Shown one piece after another: positions 9,540 to 18,181 of a stretch of DNA of 64,000 bases. How positions within the stretch are numbered: position 1 is the stretch's first letter; each line of letters starts with the position of its first letter. The notes beneath the pieces were generated by a model. The model ran no database searches and was not told the DNA's origin. It saw only the letters and a program-made list of their open reading frames with translations. A program made the translations under genes and the position numbers. The stretch lies in the sequence record JN849462.1; one strand, written 5' to 3'.

Positions 9540-9956
9540 CTATACATCAACTTGACTACTTGCAGCGTTATCGACGAACATTCAGTAGCTGAACAGTGCC
9601 GCATTCGAGAGGGTCACAATGTTGAATCTCGATGGGATTGGGATTCACTTGAGCGAGTTACTGAAGTCTGTAATATGCTTGACCAAGATCTATACATGGT
9701 TACAGACGAAGGTTCTGGCTGCTCACCGCGCTTTGACATTATCAAAAAGCCACGTGTAGGTGATCCAGTTAGCTATTGTTTCAATGGTGACAGTCGTCCC
9801 GACGGTGAAATCACTAAGATTTCAAAAACAATGAAAATGATCACGACATCAACTGGCAGCAAATACTATCGCCGTAAGTTGACTGGTCGATGGGTTCGGG
9901 GCGGCTGTTGGACGTTAGTACGCGGTCATGTGTCTAAAATGAATGAGGAATTTTAA
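9537..9956 (+). CDS. Hypothetical early protein (start reassigned from 9330)
   Basis: ATG 9537 follows promoter and AGAGAG RBS; the upstream part of the ORF crosses a terminator. Confidence 0.8.
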   Translation: MLYINLTTCSVIDEHSVAEQCRIREGHNVESRWDWDSLERVTEVCNMLDQDLYMVTDEGSGCSPRFDIIKKPRVGDPVSYCFNGDSRPDGEITKISKTMKMITTSTGSKYYRRKLTGRWVRGGCWTLVRGHVSKMNEEF

Positions 9957-10525
9957 TGTATTTCCCACGAGAGCGAAGAGTTCCTGTCATGCAGCCAACG
10001 CCTTTAGCTGTTGGCAGTATGGTTCGAGTATACGTTGATCAAAAACAATATCTCGGTGCTAAATTTGTGTATCAAGGCGAGTGTGAAGAGTACATCCTGT
10101 ATGATTACATGAACACTGAGACTTTCATTGTCGAGAATGGTCTAATACGCTCAAACACAAGCGGATTATTGATCTCGCGCATCGAAGAACAAGCAACATG
10201 TCAAGAACTGTTTATGCACGACGGTGTTCTGTCATACAATACAGAAACATTTGAAACGAAGATGGAATATGTTCGTATCAAAGCGGGCGACAAGATCAAA
10301 GTCTATATGAACTGTCAGTTCTCACCTAGACAAGAAGAAGCAACGGTTGTGTTCTGTAATGACGACTTTCTAACCGTTGTTTGCGACGGTATACCGTTTA
10401 CATTTTCTCGTCGTGAAGTTATGTGCAAAAATATTGTTCATGTGTCTAACGACGGTATCAGAGAATCTTGCCGCATAAACGAAGACGTTTTTGTAGGTAT
10501 CCCTAGTGAAGTATCAAAAAATTAA
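9956..10525 (+). CDS. Hypothetical protein, possibly tandem SH3/Tudor-like beta domains
   Basis: TAATG coupling; LAVGSMVRV and IKAGDKIKV repeats. Confidence 0.7.
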   Translation: MYFPRERRVPVMQPTPLAVGSMVRVYVDQKQYLGAKFVYQGECEEYILYDYMNTETFIVENGLIRSNTSGLLISRIEEQATCQELFMHDGVLSYNTETFETKMEYVRIKAGDKIKVYMNCQFSPRQEEATVVFCNDDFLTVVCDGIPFTFSRREVMCKNIVHVSNDGIRESCRINEDVFVGIPSEVSKN

Positions 10526-10982
10526 CGAATTTGATTTTGCAAACGGCGAAGGTGTTCGATTGAGCATCTTCGTTTCTGGTTGTGAGCATCGCTGTGCGGG
10601 CTGCTACAACGAATCGACGTGGAACTCGAACGATGGTATTGATTTTACCGAAGAAACGCTTAGAGACGTTCTGACGAGCTTAGAAAAGCACGATGGTTTG
10701 AGTCTCACGGGCGGGGATCCGTTATATCCGAGTAATCGCGAAGCGATTTTGCGTATTTGCAAAGCAGTGAAAGAACGCTATCCCGACAAAGACATTTGGA
10801 TGTGGAGCGGGTACAAGTTATCTCATGTTTATCATTTAGAGATAATGAATTACATTGATGTTTTCATTGATGGGCGTTACAAGAGACATCAACCAACGCA
10901 GAAAGCGTGGCGCGGTTCTGACAATCAAATATTGTACGTTCGGGTAAATGATGAATTAGTTATTGACGAAGAGAGAAATTAA
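10506..10982 (+). CDS. nrdG: Anaerobic RNR activase (radical SAM)
   Basis: ANGEGVR, GCEHRCAGCYN, GLSLTGGDPL, WRGSDNQ. Confidence 0.96.
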   Translation: MKYQKINEFDFANGEGVRLSIFVSGCEHRCAGCYNESTWNSNDGIDFTEETLRDVLTSLEKHDGLSLTGGDPLYPSNREAILRICKAVKERYPDKDIWMWSGYKLSHVYHLEIMNYIDVFIDGRYKRHQPTQKAWRGSDNQILYVRVNDELVIDEERN

Positions 10983-11506
10983 TGAGTTGTGTTTGGATTA
11001 CAAGTGACTTGCATTTAGGTCACAGAAATATTGGTAAGTTTCGCGACGGGATTGAAGACACTCAAGCGAACACCGACTGGATTGTTGACTTCTGGCTGAA
11101 GAACGTTCGCAAGCGTGACACTGTGATCATGCTTGGCGATACTGCATTCACTGAAGAAGCTATTGGCATTCTTGCGGGTCTACCGGGTCGTAAAGTACAA
11201 TATGGCGGAAATCACGACGACCTGCCTGTTTCAAGCTACATGCGTGCATTTGACGTAATCCGTGGTTGTGAGAAGTTCAAGAAGCTTGGGTGGTTGAGTC
11301 ATTTCCCTCTGCACCCTGCTGAATTACGTGGTCATTTCAGCATTCATGGTCACGTGCATTACGAAACAATTGACGACTATCGTTATGTTAACGTTTGCTG
11401 TGACAATTTGCAACGTCACATTGGTCAACCGATGATCCGTCTTACCGATTTGCGGCAACTTCTTGACAAACGACGCGAGTCTAAAGAGGTCAGTTACGAC
11501 TTCTAG
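10982..11506 (+). CDS. Calcineurin-like metallophosphoesterase
   Basis: SDLHLGH, LGD, GNHD, HGHVH. Confidence 0.88.
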   Translation: MSCVWITSDLHLGHRNIGKFRDGIEDTQANTDWIVDFWLKNVRKRDTVIMLGDTAFTEEAIGILAGLPGRKVQYGGNHDDLPVSSYMRAFDVIRGCEKFKKLGWLSHFPLHPAELRGHFSIHGHVHYETIDDYRYVNVCCDNLQRHIGQPMIRLTDLRQLLDKRRESKEVSYDF

Positions 11507-11529
11507 AACGTAGTCTATCTGCATGAACA

Positions 11530-11537
11530 TCTAAATA
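11530..11537 (+). promoter_or_regulatory. Late promoter TCTAAATA inside a long inverted repeat (11514-11578) that includes the downstream ATG
   Basis: tctatc-tgcatgaaca ... tgttcatgca-ctat-gataga. Confidence 0.6.
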
Positions 11538-11570
11538 CTGGTATGGTATTAAAGATGGTGTTCATGCACT

Positions 11571-12416
11571 ATGATAGATGTTTTGTTAAGATATGACGCA
11601 AGGATCATCAATAGCAGAAAGATAGTCATCTATACAGATGAAAATCGTCTCAGTCTTATTGTGAAACTCGCGAAAGAGCTTAACGGGACGTACAAGAAGT
11701 GCGATCCCGGTAGTTCAATTGGTTGTATACAGATGGAAAAATGCAGAGTATACGTCAAACCAACATCTAATCCTGGCATCGAGAATGAACGCAATTTCTA
11801 TACTATTGTAAAGCAACACATTGATTCTGGCTGTACGCGGATTAAAATTGGTGGGCGTCTTATAAAAGGTGTTCAGTCAATCGAAATGACTGGTCACGAC
11901 ACGAAAAACAATAAGAAAGCCGATATGGTCTTGAAAACAGACAAAGGCGACTTTCCGATTTCAATCAAAAAATCAAATGCAGAACGTTGGGCGAGTACTG
12001 ACGTTATTCACGGCACAGAAGCATGTAAGCTGTTAAATCGCATGGTAGACAAGAAAATCGTCACACTAACCGATTTCTCAGATGACGGAAAAGTAAAACG
12101 ACTGAGCCAGCCCATTGCTAGACGACTTAGAGACGATGAGATCAATCACGTTGTATTCGGGTCTGATATTCTCGGGAAGGGTCTTGTTGTCGTCAATAGC
12201 TTTACTCTAGATGATTTTGTATTCAAGCGCGGTACTTTACATATTAGCGGTGAAGTGCTTTTAGATTCGAGTGATGTAAAAGACACAATTTACCACCCAT
12301 ATATGATGATTAGAAATGATGCATGTCGCCGCTCGAAGGCATTGCCTTATGGTGTACGTGTTGAAGTTGTATTCGAGTCAAGAATTACTAAAAATACGAT
12401 TGTTTACGAGGAGTAG
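11571..12416 (+). CDS. Putative PD-(D/E)XK (restriction-endonuclease-like) nuclease
   Basis: GIENE..., KKADMVL..DFPISIKK catalytic-like motif. Confidence 0.55.
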   Translation: MIDVLLRYDARIINSRKIVIYTDENRLSLIVKLAKELNGTYKKCDPGSSIGCIQMEKCRVYVKPTSNPGIENERNFYTIVKQHIDSGCTRIKIGGRLIKGVQSIEMTGHDTKNNKKADMVLKTDKGDFPISIKKSNAERWASTDVIHGTEACKLLNRMVDKKIVTLTDFSDDGKVKRLSQPIARRLRDDEINHVVFGSDILGKGLVVVNSFTLDDFVFKRGTLHISGEVLLDSSDVKDTIYHPYMMIRNDACRRSKALPYGVRVEVVFESRITKNTIVYEE

Positions 12417-12419
12417 CTA

Positions 12420-13244
12420 ATGGCTATCAAAGATAAATTGGAAGAACTTATTGCGTCGGTTCACCAATGTACTACAAAAGACGGCGTAGTTGAAATTGAA
12501 AAACTATATACGCAAAAGAAAAAAGAACTCGGTGCCAACATCACCCCGATGATGGATATTCGCGTTCGTGACGCAATTCGTGGTAAAATCACGATGTTCG
12601 ATAAAGAAAATGCTGCTGCTAAAGAAGAAGCTAGACGGAAAAAACAACAAGAAGAAGCTGAAGCAATTGCGGCTAAACTCGATGAGGGTATTTTTGTTGT
12701 TTCAGAGAAAGAGTTCTTTGATCACGAAACCGTTGTGAATGAGTGTGCGATTGATGCTGCGTGTATTATGGACGTAGACTCAAGCATACCTTCTGTTGGT
12801 CATAAAGAACTGACTAAAACGCTTTCCGAGGCATGTGAGCATGTTGGTGCAGTAGGTAAAATATTTGTACCTGAGTCACAGAACAAAGTATTGTCGCTGC
12901 AAGAGCGCGTTGAACTATTTGAATCATTCTCAGACGTTGATGTTGCACCCAAAGGTGTGATGTTTGCTGAGGTTGAGAACATGATTCAGAAAGGCATTAC
13001 TCGTGTATTTGCATTCGTAGAAGCGAATAAAGTCGCGGAGTACCGTCGTCTCGGTCGCCATTTCTTGCGTGTTGGTGGCACTCGCTTTGAGATTGTTGAA
13101 GTCAAGAACAAAGTACCATCTAGCACGATTGAAAATCTGATTCGTGAGGATAATCTCATTGAGTTTATGCGTAGTGTACCGATGCCATTAAACGAAGCCG
13201 AGAAGATCTTTGATCGTCAGCTTGAACAACTACTGGGGGCGTAA
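12420..13244 (+). CDS. UvsW.1-like domain fused to a degenerate HIGH-type nucleotidyltransferase-like domain
   Basis: CTTKDGVVEIEKLY..DIRVRDAIRGK vs T4 UvsW.1 CQTLEGLEELEAYY..DISVRDALAGK (recalled); PSVGH, LSLQERVEL, SSTIENLI. Confidence 0.5.
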   Translation: MAIKDKLEELIASVHQCTTKDGVVEIEKLYTQKKKELGANITPMMDIRVRDAIRGKITMFDKENAAAKEEARRKKQQEEAEAIAAKLDEGIFVVSEKEFFDHETVVNECAIDAACIMDVDSSIPSVGHKELTKTLSEACEHVGAVGKIFVPESQNKVLSLQERVELFESFSDVDVAPKGVMFAEVENMIQKGITRVFAFVEANKVAEYRRLGRHFLRVGGTRFEIVEVKNKVPSSTIENLIREDNLIEFMRSVPMPLNEAEKIFDRQLEQLLGA

Positions 13245-13720
13245 TGAGTGTAGCTAAACGTGGCGCAGATGGGTTTTATGCTCTTCGCTTATCTCGTTTG
13301 CTTCATCTTCGTTTTGATCGTTGGGAAGCATATCGAATGGGGATCATCGACGCAGATGGTAAAAAACTGCGTGACCCTGTAACTGCTCAAGAAAAGAGTA
13401 ACTGGACGTTATTTCACGTAACTGTGCGCAATATCAAGCGAATGGTTGGCGCATTGCCGGGTGGTAAGACAGCACTTGATTACGGCGCGTCATATCTGTT
13501 GCTAATTGAACTTGCAAAAGAGTACGGTTTATCTGACCAATTTGCAGATGAGTGTATTCGAGTAGAAGAATCCGTTGTTGCGGGTGATTCGGGTGGTGAT
13601 GTAGGCGCTATTGCTTCTGGTGAAACTACTGGTGCAGTTACAAGCGCAGGGCCCGAGACTCTTGGTGACAAGAAGAAAAAGAAAAAGAAGAAGCTGAAAA
13701 AGTTCAGACACTTCGACTAA
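13244..13720 (+). CDS. 61.1: T4 gp61.1-like conserved protein
   Basis: EAYRMGIIDADGKKL, TLFHVTVRNIKRM; upstream of primase. Confidence 0.75.
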   Translation: MSVAKRGADGFYALRLSRLLHLRFDRWEAYRMGIIDADGKKLRDPVTAQEKSNWTLFHVTVRNIKRMVGALPGGKTALDYGASYLLLIELAKEYGLSDQFADECIRVEESVVAGDSGGDVGAIASGETTGAVTSAGPETLGDKKKKKKKKLKKFRHFD

Positions 13721-13727
13721 TTAAAAT

Positions 13728-13749
13728 GCCTCGTTTTCGGGGCTTTTTT
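13728..13749 (+). terminator. Intrinsic terminator
   Basis: gcctcg-tttt-cggggc-tttttt. Confidence 0.7.
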
Positions 13750-13800
13750 ATGTTTATCGTATCGTGATGCCATGTAATAATAAGACACGGAGGTTATATT

Positions 13801-14859
13801 ATGCAGATTTTGATTGATATACAATATGCCAAAATGCTTCAGCATCGTTTGTTATTGCCAAAAGTGCATAGCAATCGACCATTCAAAATAAATGCTCGTT
13901 GCCCGATCTGCGGCGACTCAAAAAAGAACAAGTACAAAACTCGTTTCTGGATTAATGAAGTCAAGACGAAAAGCGGTGAACTTCACTTGCGCTGCTCTTG
14001 TTGGAACTGTGACTACAACGAATCGCTGTACACTTTTTTGAAAGATCACGAGCCCGCTCTATTTTCTCAATATCGAGTTGATCTTTTCAAAGAACGCAAC
14101 TCACGCGAACGCAAAGAACGCGAGCCTGAACCAGTCGTTGAAAAGAAAGAAGCGACGGTTATCGAGAAAGAACAAGAAGAACAGCTTTTTTACAACATCA
14201 CTGCACTGAAAGAAGGTCATGTGATGCACAAGTATCTTGAATCTCGCAAAATACCGAAAGACAAGTGGCATTTGCTTGGGTTTACTCGCGGTTGGACTAC
14301 AATGGCGAAGACATTACGCCCCGACTTGTACGAAGGTGAGATCAAGAATGACCACCCGCGTCTTGTAATTCCGATTTACAACAAAGACGGTCTGGTGGCA
14401 GTTCAAGGTCGTGCGTTGACGAACAAACACGCTCAACGTTATATGACGATTAAAATCGACGATGATTTTGACAAAATCTATGGTACTGAGCGCATCAACG
14501 AAGAAGATCCTGTAATTTTCGTTGAGGGCCCGATTGATAGTTTATTCCTATACAATTGCTGTGCTATAGTAGGTGGACAAGTCAGCCCAAACAACGCACC
14601 ATATGCTGGTAATCGCATATGGGCGCTTGATAACGAGTGTAGGCACCCTGACGTTATAAAGCGTATGCAGACTCTGATTAGAGCGGGTGAACGTGTTGTT
14701 ATTTGGGATAAGCTCCCACCGCAAATCATTGGTAAGAAAGACATCAATGATTTCATCAAAGCTGGCGTATCTGCTGAGTTCATTCAGCAATACATTTATG
14801 AAAATGCCGTTAGTGGTCTAATGGCTACAAATCGACTTAACAGATGGAAGAAAATTTAA
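13801..14859 (+). CDS. 61: DNA primase gp61
   Basis: RCPICGDS..C.NC zinc finger, LVIPIY, QGRAL, VEGPIDS, DNE, KDIND TOPRIM. Confidence 0.97.
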   Translation: MQILIDIQYAKMLQHRLLLPKVHSNRPFKINARCPICGDSKKNKYKTRFWINEVKTKSGELHLRCSCWNCDYNESLYTFLKDHEPALFSQYRVDLFKERNSRERKEREPEPVVEKKEATVIEKEQEEQLFYNITALKEGHVMHKYLESRKIPKDKWHLLGFTRGWTTMAKTLRPDLYEGEIKNDHPRLVIPIYNKDGLVAVQGRALTNKHAQRYMTIKIDDDFDKIYGTERINEEDPVIFVEGPIDSLFLYNCCAIVGGQVSPNNAPYAGNRIWALDNECRHPDVIKRMQTLIRAGERVVIWDKLPPQIIGKKDINDFIKAGVSAEFIQQYIYENAVSGLMATNRLNRWKKI

Positions 14860-15356
14860 TGAAGATTATTTACCTGCCGCACTACAAAGAAAACAAAGAA
14901 CTTGGTCTGGACGCAATTGAGCCAATCGGTGTTAAAGACCCAGATGACGCGGGTATTGATCTGCGTGCTGCAATTGAAGAATCAATCGAGTTACAACCGG
15001 GTGATTCAGTCGTTATCCCGTCTGGTGTCAAGATTCACATTGGGTCGCACCCGCTTCACCAACAATACACTGATTTGGGTGTATACGGTGCAATTGCACC
15101 GCGCAGTGGTCTTGGGTTCAAGCACTTCTTGCGTCTAGCAAACACAATCGGGATTATCGACGCTAATTATCAAGGCGAAATCATGATCAAAATTCGCAAC
15201 GAAGGCGACGACGTACTGCATATTGAGCGCGGTGATCGTATCTGTCAATTGATTTTCCACACTTACGTGAAGAACGTTCAGTTTGAAGAAGTTGATACTT
15301 TTGACGAAGAAACTGACCGTGGTGCTCGTGGGTTTGGTGGTAGCGGGGTGAAATAA
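14859..15356 (+). CDS. dut: Trimeric dUTPase
   Basis: AGIDL, PRSGLG, GIIDANYQGEI, GDRICQL, RGARGFGGSG; start taken at the TAATG overlap (ORF track gives 14844). Confidence 0.95.
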   Translation: MKIIYLPHYKENKELGLDAIEPIGVKDPDDAGIDLRAAIEESIELQPGDSVVIPSGVKIHIGSHPLHQQYTDLGVYGAIAPRSGLGFKHFLRLANTIGIIDANYQGEIMIKIRNEGDDVLHIERGDRICQLIFHTYVKNVQFEEVDTFDEETDRGARGFGGSGVK

Positions 15357-15592
15357 TGCATACACCTATTTCTAGAACTGGTGAGATTCTAGGGTCAATG
15401 CGTTCTGTGCTCATGGATGAGCGCATTGAAGCTGCTCTTCGCATGGATATTGCACGCGATCAAGAGCAAAAGGAAAAGATGTTGAATTCGAATCGAACGA
15501 TGATTTCGGATATTGACAAGCAACAACGCAGAATCGAATCTAAGCTCGATTTACTACATACATTACTTGACGTGAAGAAGGAAATATCATGA
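15356..15592 (+). CDS. Hypothetical coiled-coil protein
   Basis: Coupled ORF (TAATG/ATGA overlaps). Confidence 0.65.
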   Translation: MHTPISRTGEILGSMRSVLMDERIEAALRMDIARDQEQKEKMLNSNRTMISDIDKQQRRIESKLDLLHTLLDVKKEIS

Positions 15593-16281
15593 GTGATAAA
15601 CCCGTCTATGACATTCTAATCGACTATGAGGGATTCGACGTGACTCCCGACGCAGCGGTTATCGAACTAGGTGCAGTTGAATTCGAGCACGATTTTACTA
15701 AAGTTCCCGATTACCAAGAGCTTGTGAAGAACTCGTTTCGCTGTAAGTTTGAGATTAAATCTCAAAAAGGCAAACGCAGCATCAATAAAGCGACTGTGCA
15801 ATGGTGGTCTGAGCAGTCTCAAGAAGCTAAAGAAATTCTAATCCCTAGTGCAGAAGACGTGACGGTTGAAGAAGGTCATAAGCTTTTTATCGAGTGGATT
15901 GAACAAAACACTCGTTACGACGGTCGTTCTCATTTCTACTGCCGTGGCAACAACTACGATATTCCGCTCATGGCTGATTGTTTCCGTTACAGCGGTTTGC
16001 GTCATGCGATCATCGAGCGATTCTGGAAATTCCGTGACGTTCGTACTCGTATTGAAGCATTGATGCTGCAACGCGACATGTGTAAAGTGCCGATTCGACG
16101 TGATGCAATGCCAGGGTTTATTCACCACAACGGCGTTCACGACTGTGCTAAAGATGCAATGATGCTTATCATGGCAGCGCGTTACGCACTTGACTTAGAA
16201 GATCTGCCCGAAAAAATGGAATGCCATGAAGTATCGGTTGACTTCACTGACGAAGAGAAAGAGGAACTTGGGCTACTATGA
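15589..16281 (+). CDS. dexA: Exonuclease A (DEDD family)
   Basis: IDYEGFD, CRGNNYDIP, RDVRT, HNGVHDCAKD. Confidence 0.9.
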   Translation: MSDKPVYDILIDYEGFDVTPDAAVIELGAVEFEHDFTKVPDYQELVKNSFRCKFEIKSQKGKRSINKATVQWWSEQSQEAKEILIPSAEDVTVEEGHKLFIEWIEQNTRYDGRSHFYCRGNNYDIPLMADCFRYSGLRHAIIERFWKFRDVRTRIEALMLQRDMCKVPIRRDAMPGFIHHNGVHDCAKDAMMLIMAARYALDLEDLPEKMECHEVSVDFTDEEKEELGLL

Positions 16282-16439
16282 TGATTGCTGTACATCTACT
16301 ATCACAAGCCAAGCCAGTTGTTCATGAGCACGTAAAGAACGCTTACACCAAAGACGGTCTTTACTGCTTGATGATGAAAGACGGTATGGTTTACAAATAC
16401 CCACTGATCAATATTTTCCGAATCACAGAAAATATGTAA
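16278..16439 (+). CDS. Small hypothetical protein (53 aa, not in ORF track)
   Basis: ATGA overlap with dexA; MMIAVHLLSQAKPVVHEHV... Confidence 0.6.
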   Translation: MMIAVHLLSQAKPVVHEHVKNAYTKDGLYCLMMKDGMVYKYPLINIFRITENM

Positions 16440-16442
16440 AAA

Positions 16443-16510
16443 GTGGTTGCGTTGTCGGTGTGACTTGTGTAATATACTCACATCGACAACGAAAAGAGAA
16501 TATTATTATG
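16443..16510 (+). promoter_or_regulatory. Class A early promoter plus leader
   Basis: TTGCGT 16447, 17 nt, TAATAT 16470; catcgacaacgaaaagagaa..ATG. Confidence 0.7.
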
Positions 16511-16645
16511 ACAACGAATCGCCTAGATTGGACAATTGAAAAGAAAGCTCAGTTCATCGCGACATACAAAGACGGGACTGTTTTAGTTGCGCGAACTCGC
16601 GAAGCTCTTAATTCTCAAATCAATGAGTTTGAAAAGACGCTATGA
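16508..16645 (+). CDS. Small early hypothetical protein
   Basis: Start after promoter and RBS, in frame with ORF 16460. Confidence 0.6.
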   Translation: MTTNRLDWTIEKKAQFIATYKDGTVLVARTREALNSQINEFEKTL

Positions 16646-17040
16646 ATTTCCAAACTTTCATGTACAAATGGAAAAGATTTTCATTTGATTTCAACAATTA
16701 CGCAGTTGAGAAGCAACGCGGGTTAGTCGGGGTTGTTGACTTTGTGATGAAGAAACACTTCACGCATCGAGTATATGATCGATTCTGTGCTGCTGAATTC
16801 TCGATTCTACGTAGAATGTTGTATCATACTGTTAACAAACACTTAGGTGAAGTTCTGTTTTGGTACTACAGCACTGATAAGCGTGAACTTGCTATCAAGC
16901 GTGAAGATATTTTCATCATCATGCAACGTGGTATCACGGGTTGTATTTTGATCACTACGGTATATCGTAATGAACATAAGCAAAACTCTGATAAGTTCTT
17001 TTTGATTGACATAAGCAGAAAGCAAAATGAAGCAGATTAG
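16642..17040 (+). CDS. Hypothetical protein, weak RegB/RelE-fold endoribonuclease resemblance
   Basis: KHFTHRVYDR..KHLGEV vs recalled RegB QHLLDRAIQR..DHVLEV. Confidence 0.35.
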   Translation: MNFQTFMYKWKRFSFDFNNYAVEKQRGLVGVVDFVMKKHFTHRVYDRFCAAEFSILRRMLYHTVNKHLGEVLFWYYSTDKRELAIKREDIFIIMQRGITGCILITTVYRNEHKQNSDKFFLIDISRKQNEAD

Positions 17041-17272
17041 ACTTGGTGACTTCATTGAAGTCACTGAAAGACTTGACCAAGAGAGCTTTTTTGGTCAGTT
17101 AATTGATATTGCACCGTGTCTATGGGCACGTGGTGATTTTCTACGACTTGTCGATGACGCAGGTAATGAAGTTCAAGTGAACACTGTGAACATCGACATG
17201 ATTAATGGCACTGTTGTGAGCGAAATCATTCGCAACGCTCATGGCTTTATGTATTGTGAGGAAAAGATTTGA
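17027..17272 (+). CDS. Hypothetical protein
   Basis: Overlapping operon ORF. Confidence 0.65.
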   Translation: MKQIRLGDFIEVTERLDQESFFGQLIDIAPCLWARGDFLRLVDDAGNEVQVNTVNIDMINGTVVSEIIRNAHGFMYCEEKI

Positions 17273-17712
17273 AAGGTTACGTATTTGTAAATCGCTACTG
17301 TAAAGGTATTCAGGCTGGTATTCAAGGCGCTCATGCGTTGCTACGTCTTGCGCGTAAAGCAGAAAATCCGGTTTTCAATACATGGCTAAATGACCACGAG
17401 ACGATTTGTGTTCTGTCTGCGTCTGGTCACGACCATCTTGAAGAAATCGAAAAGACCATTCGTGAAATGAATGTTGTAGAAGACATCACGTTTTTTCAAG
17501 AAGAAGGTTTACATCACTCTCTAACGGGTGTAGCATTCATTGGTGACGACACGCTAATGAAAGTTCAAGCCGAAATGAAAGAATGGCGCGAACTTCGTAA
17601 AATTGGCGAAGGTCCGAAGCGTCGAGACTTCGACTCAGATATGTTCTACAAGTACGGTCGAACATATGAACTTGCAAAATACTTAGAGGGGTTTCATTCT
17701 CATCATGGATAA
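17269..17712 (+). CDS. Peptidyl-tRNA hydrolase II (Pth2)-like protein
   Basis: GIQAGIQGAHA, ETICVL, FQEEGLHHSLTGVAF resemble PTH2-fold motifs. Confidence 0.55.
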   Translation: MKGYVFVNRYCKGIQAGIQGAHALLRLARKAENPVFNTWLNDHETICVLSASGHDHLEEIEKTIREMNVVEDITFFQEEGLHHSLTGVAFIGDDTLMKVQAEMKEWRELRKIGEGPKRRDFDSDMFYKYGRTYELAKYLEGFHSHHG

Positions 17713-17935
17713 CTTAAATCTTAAATTGACTACTGCTTCTCGTTTTGAAGAATTGATGACGCGCCCTGGCGTCATCGTCAAGAACAGCTCTTCGGGTCCT
17801 GAATACATCACGACTGTTTACGATAAAGGCGAGTTAATTGCCGAACGTGTCCTGTACGTATCGCAAGCAGAGCATTTCGAGCTACAACTTCCTGAAGCAG
17901 TAAAAGCAGTTCGAAAGCCTAGTAAACTGCCGTAA
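17705..17935 (+). CDS. Hypothetical protein
   Basis: Overlapping operon ORF. Confidence 0.6.
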   Translation: MDNLNLKLTTASRFEELMTRPGVIVKNSSSGPEYITTVYDKGELIAERVLYVSQAEHFELQLPEAVKAVRKPSKLP

Positions 17936-17940
17936 AAACT

Positions 17941-17970
17941 GTTTAACAACTAACTTTGTGAGTGTAATAT
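17941..17970 (+). promoter_or_regulatory. Class B promoter
   Basis: G-TTTAAC, 17 nt, TAATAT 17965. Confidence 0.6.
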
Positions 17971-17971
17971 T

Positions 17972-18172
17972 ATGAAATCTAAAGGTTTTACTCTGATCGA
18001 ATTGATGGTCGTGATTGTGATTTTAGGTGTTTTGGCGACAATCGGCGCAGGTGCATTGGGTTTAGGTCAAACTGCATCGTACACGACTCAACCGCAATCA
18101 GTGACATATGAAATTGACGGTCAGTTGATGCAATGTACTCCTGTGCAATCTGCATGGGACGATGATTTTTAA
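17972..18172 (+). CDS. Type IV prepilin-like protein (class III signal peptide)
   Basis: MKSKG|FTLIELMVVIVILGVLA: canonical G/F cleavage site, E5 and hydrophobic helix. Confidence 0.8.
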   Translation: MKSKGFTLIELMVVIVILGVLATIGAGALGLGQTASYTTQPQSVTYEIDGQLMQCTPVQSAWDDDF

Positions 18173-18181
18173 AGGTAATTG

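Noticed and set aside
13666-13703. Poly-Lys purine run at the end of 61.1 as a regulatory repeat
   Set aside because: Explained by a KKKKKKKLKK coding tail
13752-13782. Class B promoter upstream of primase
   Set aside because: GTTTAT start, but spacing and -10 fit poorly; not listed as a feature
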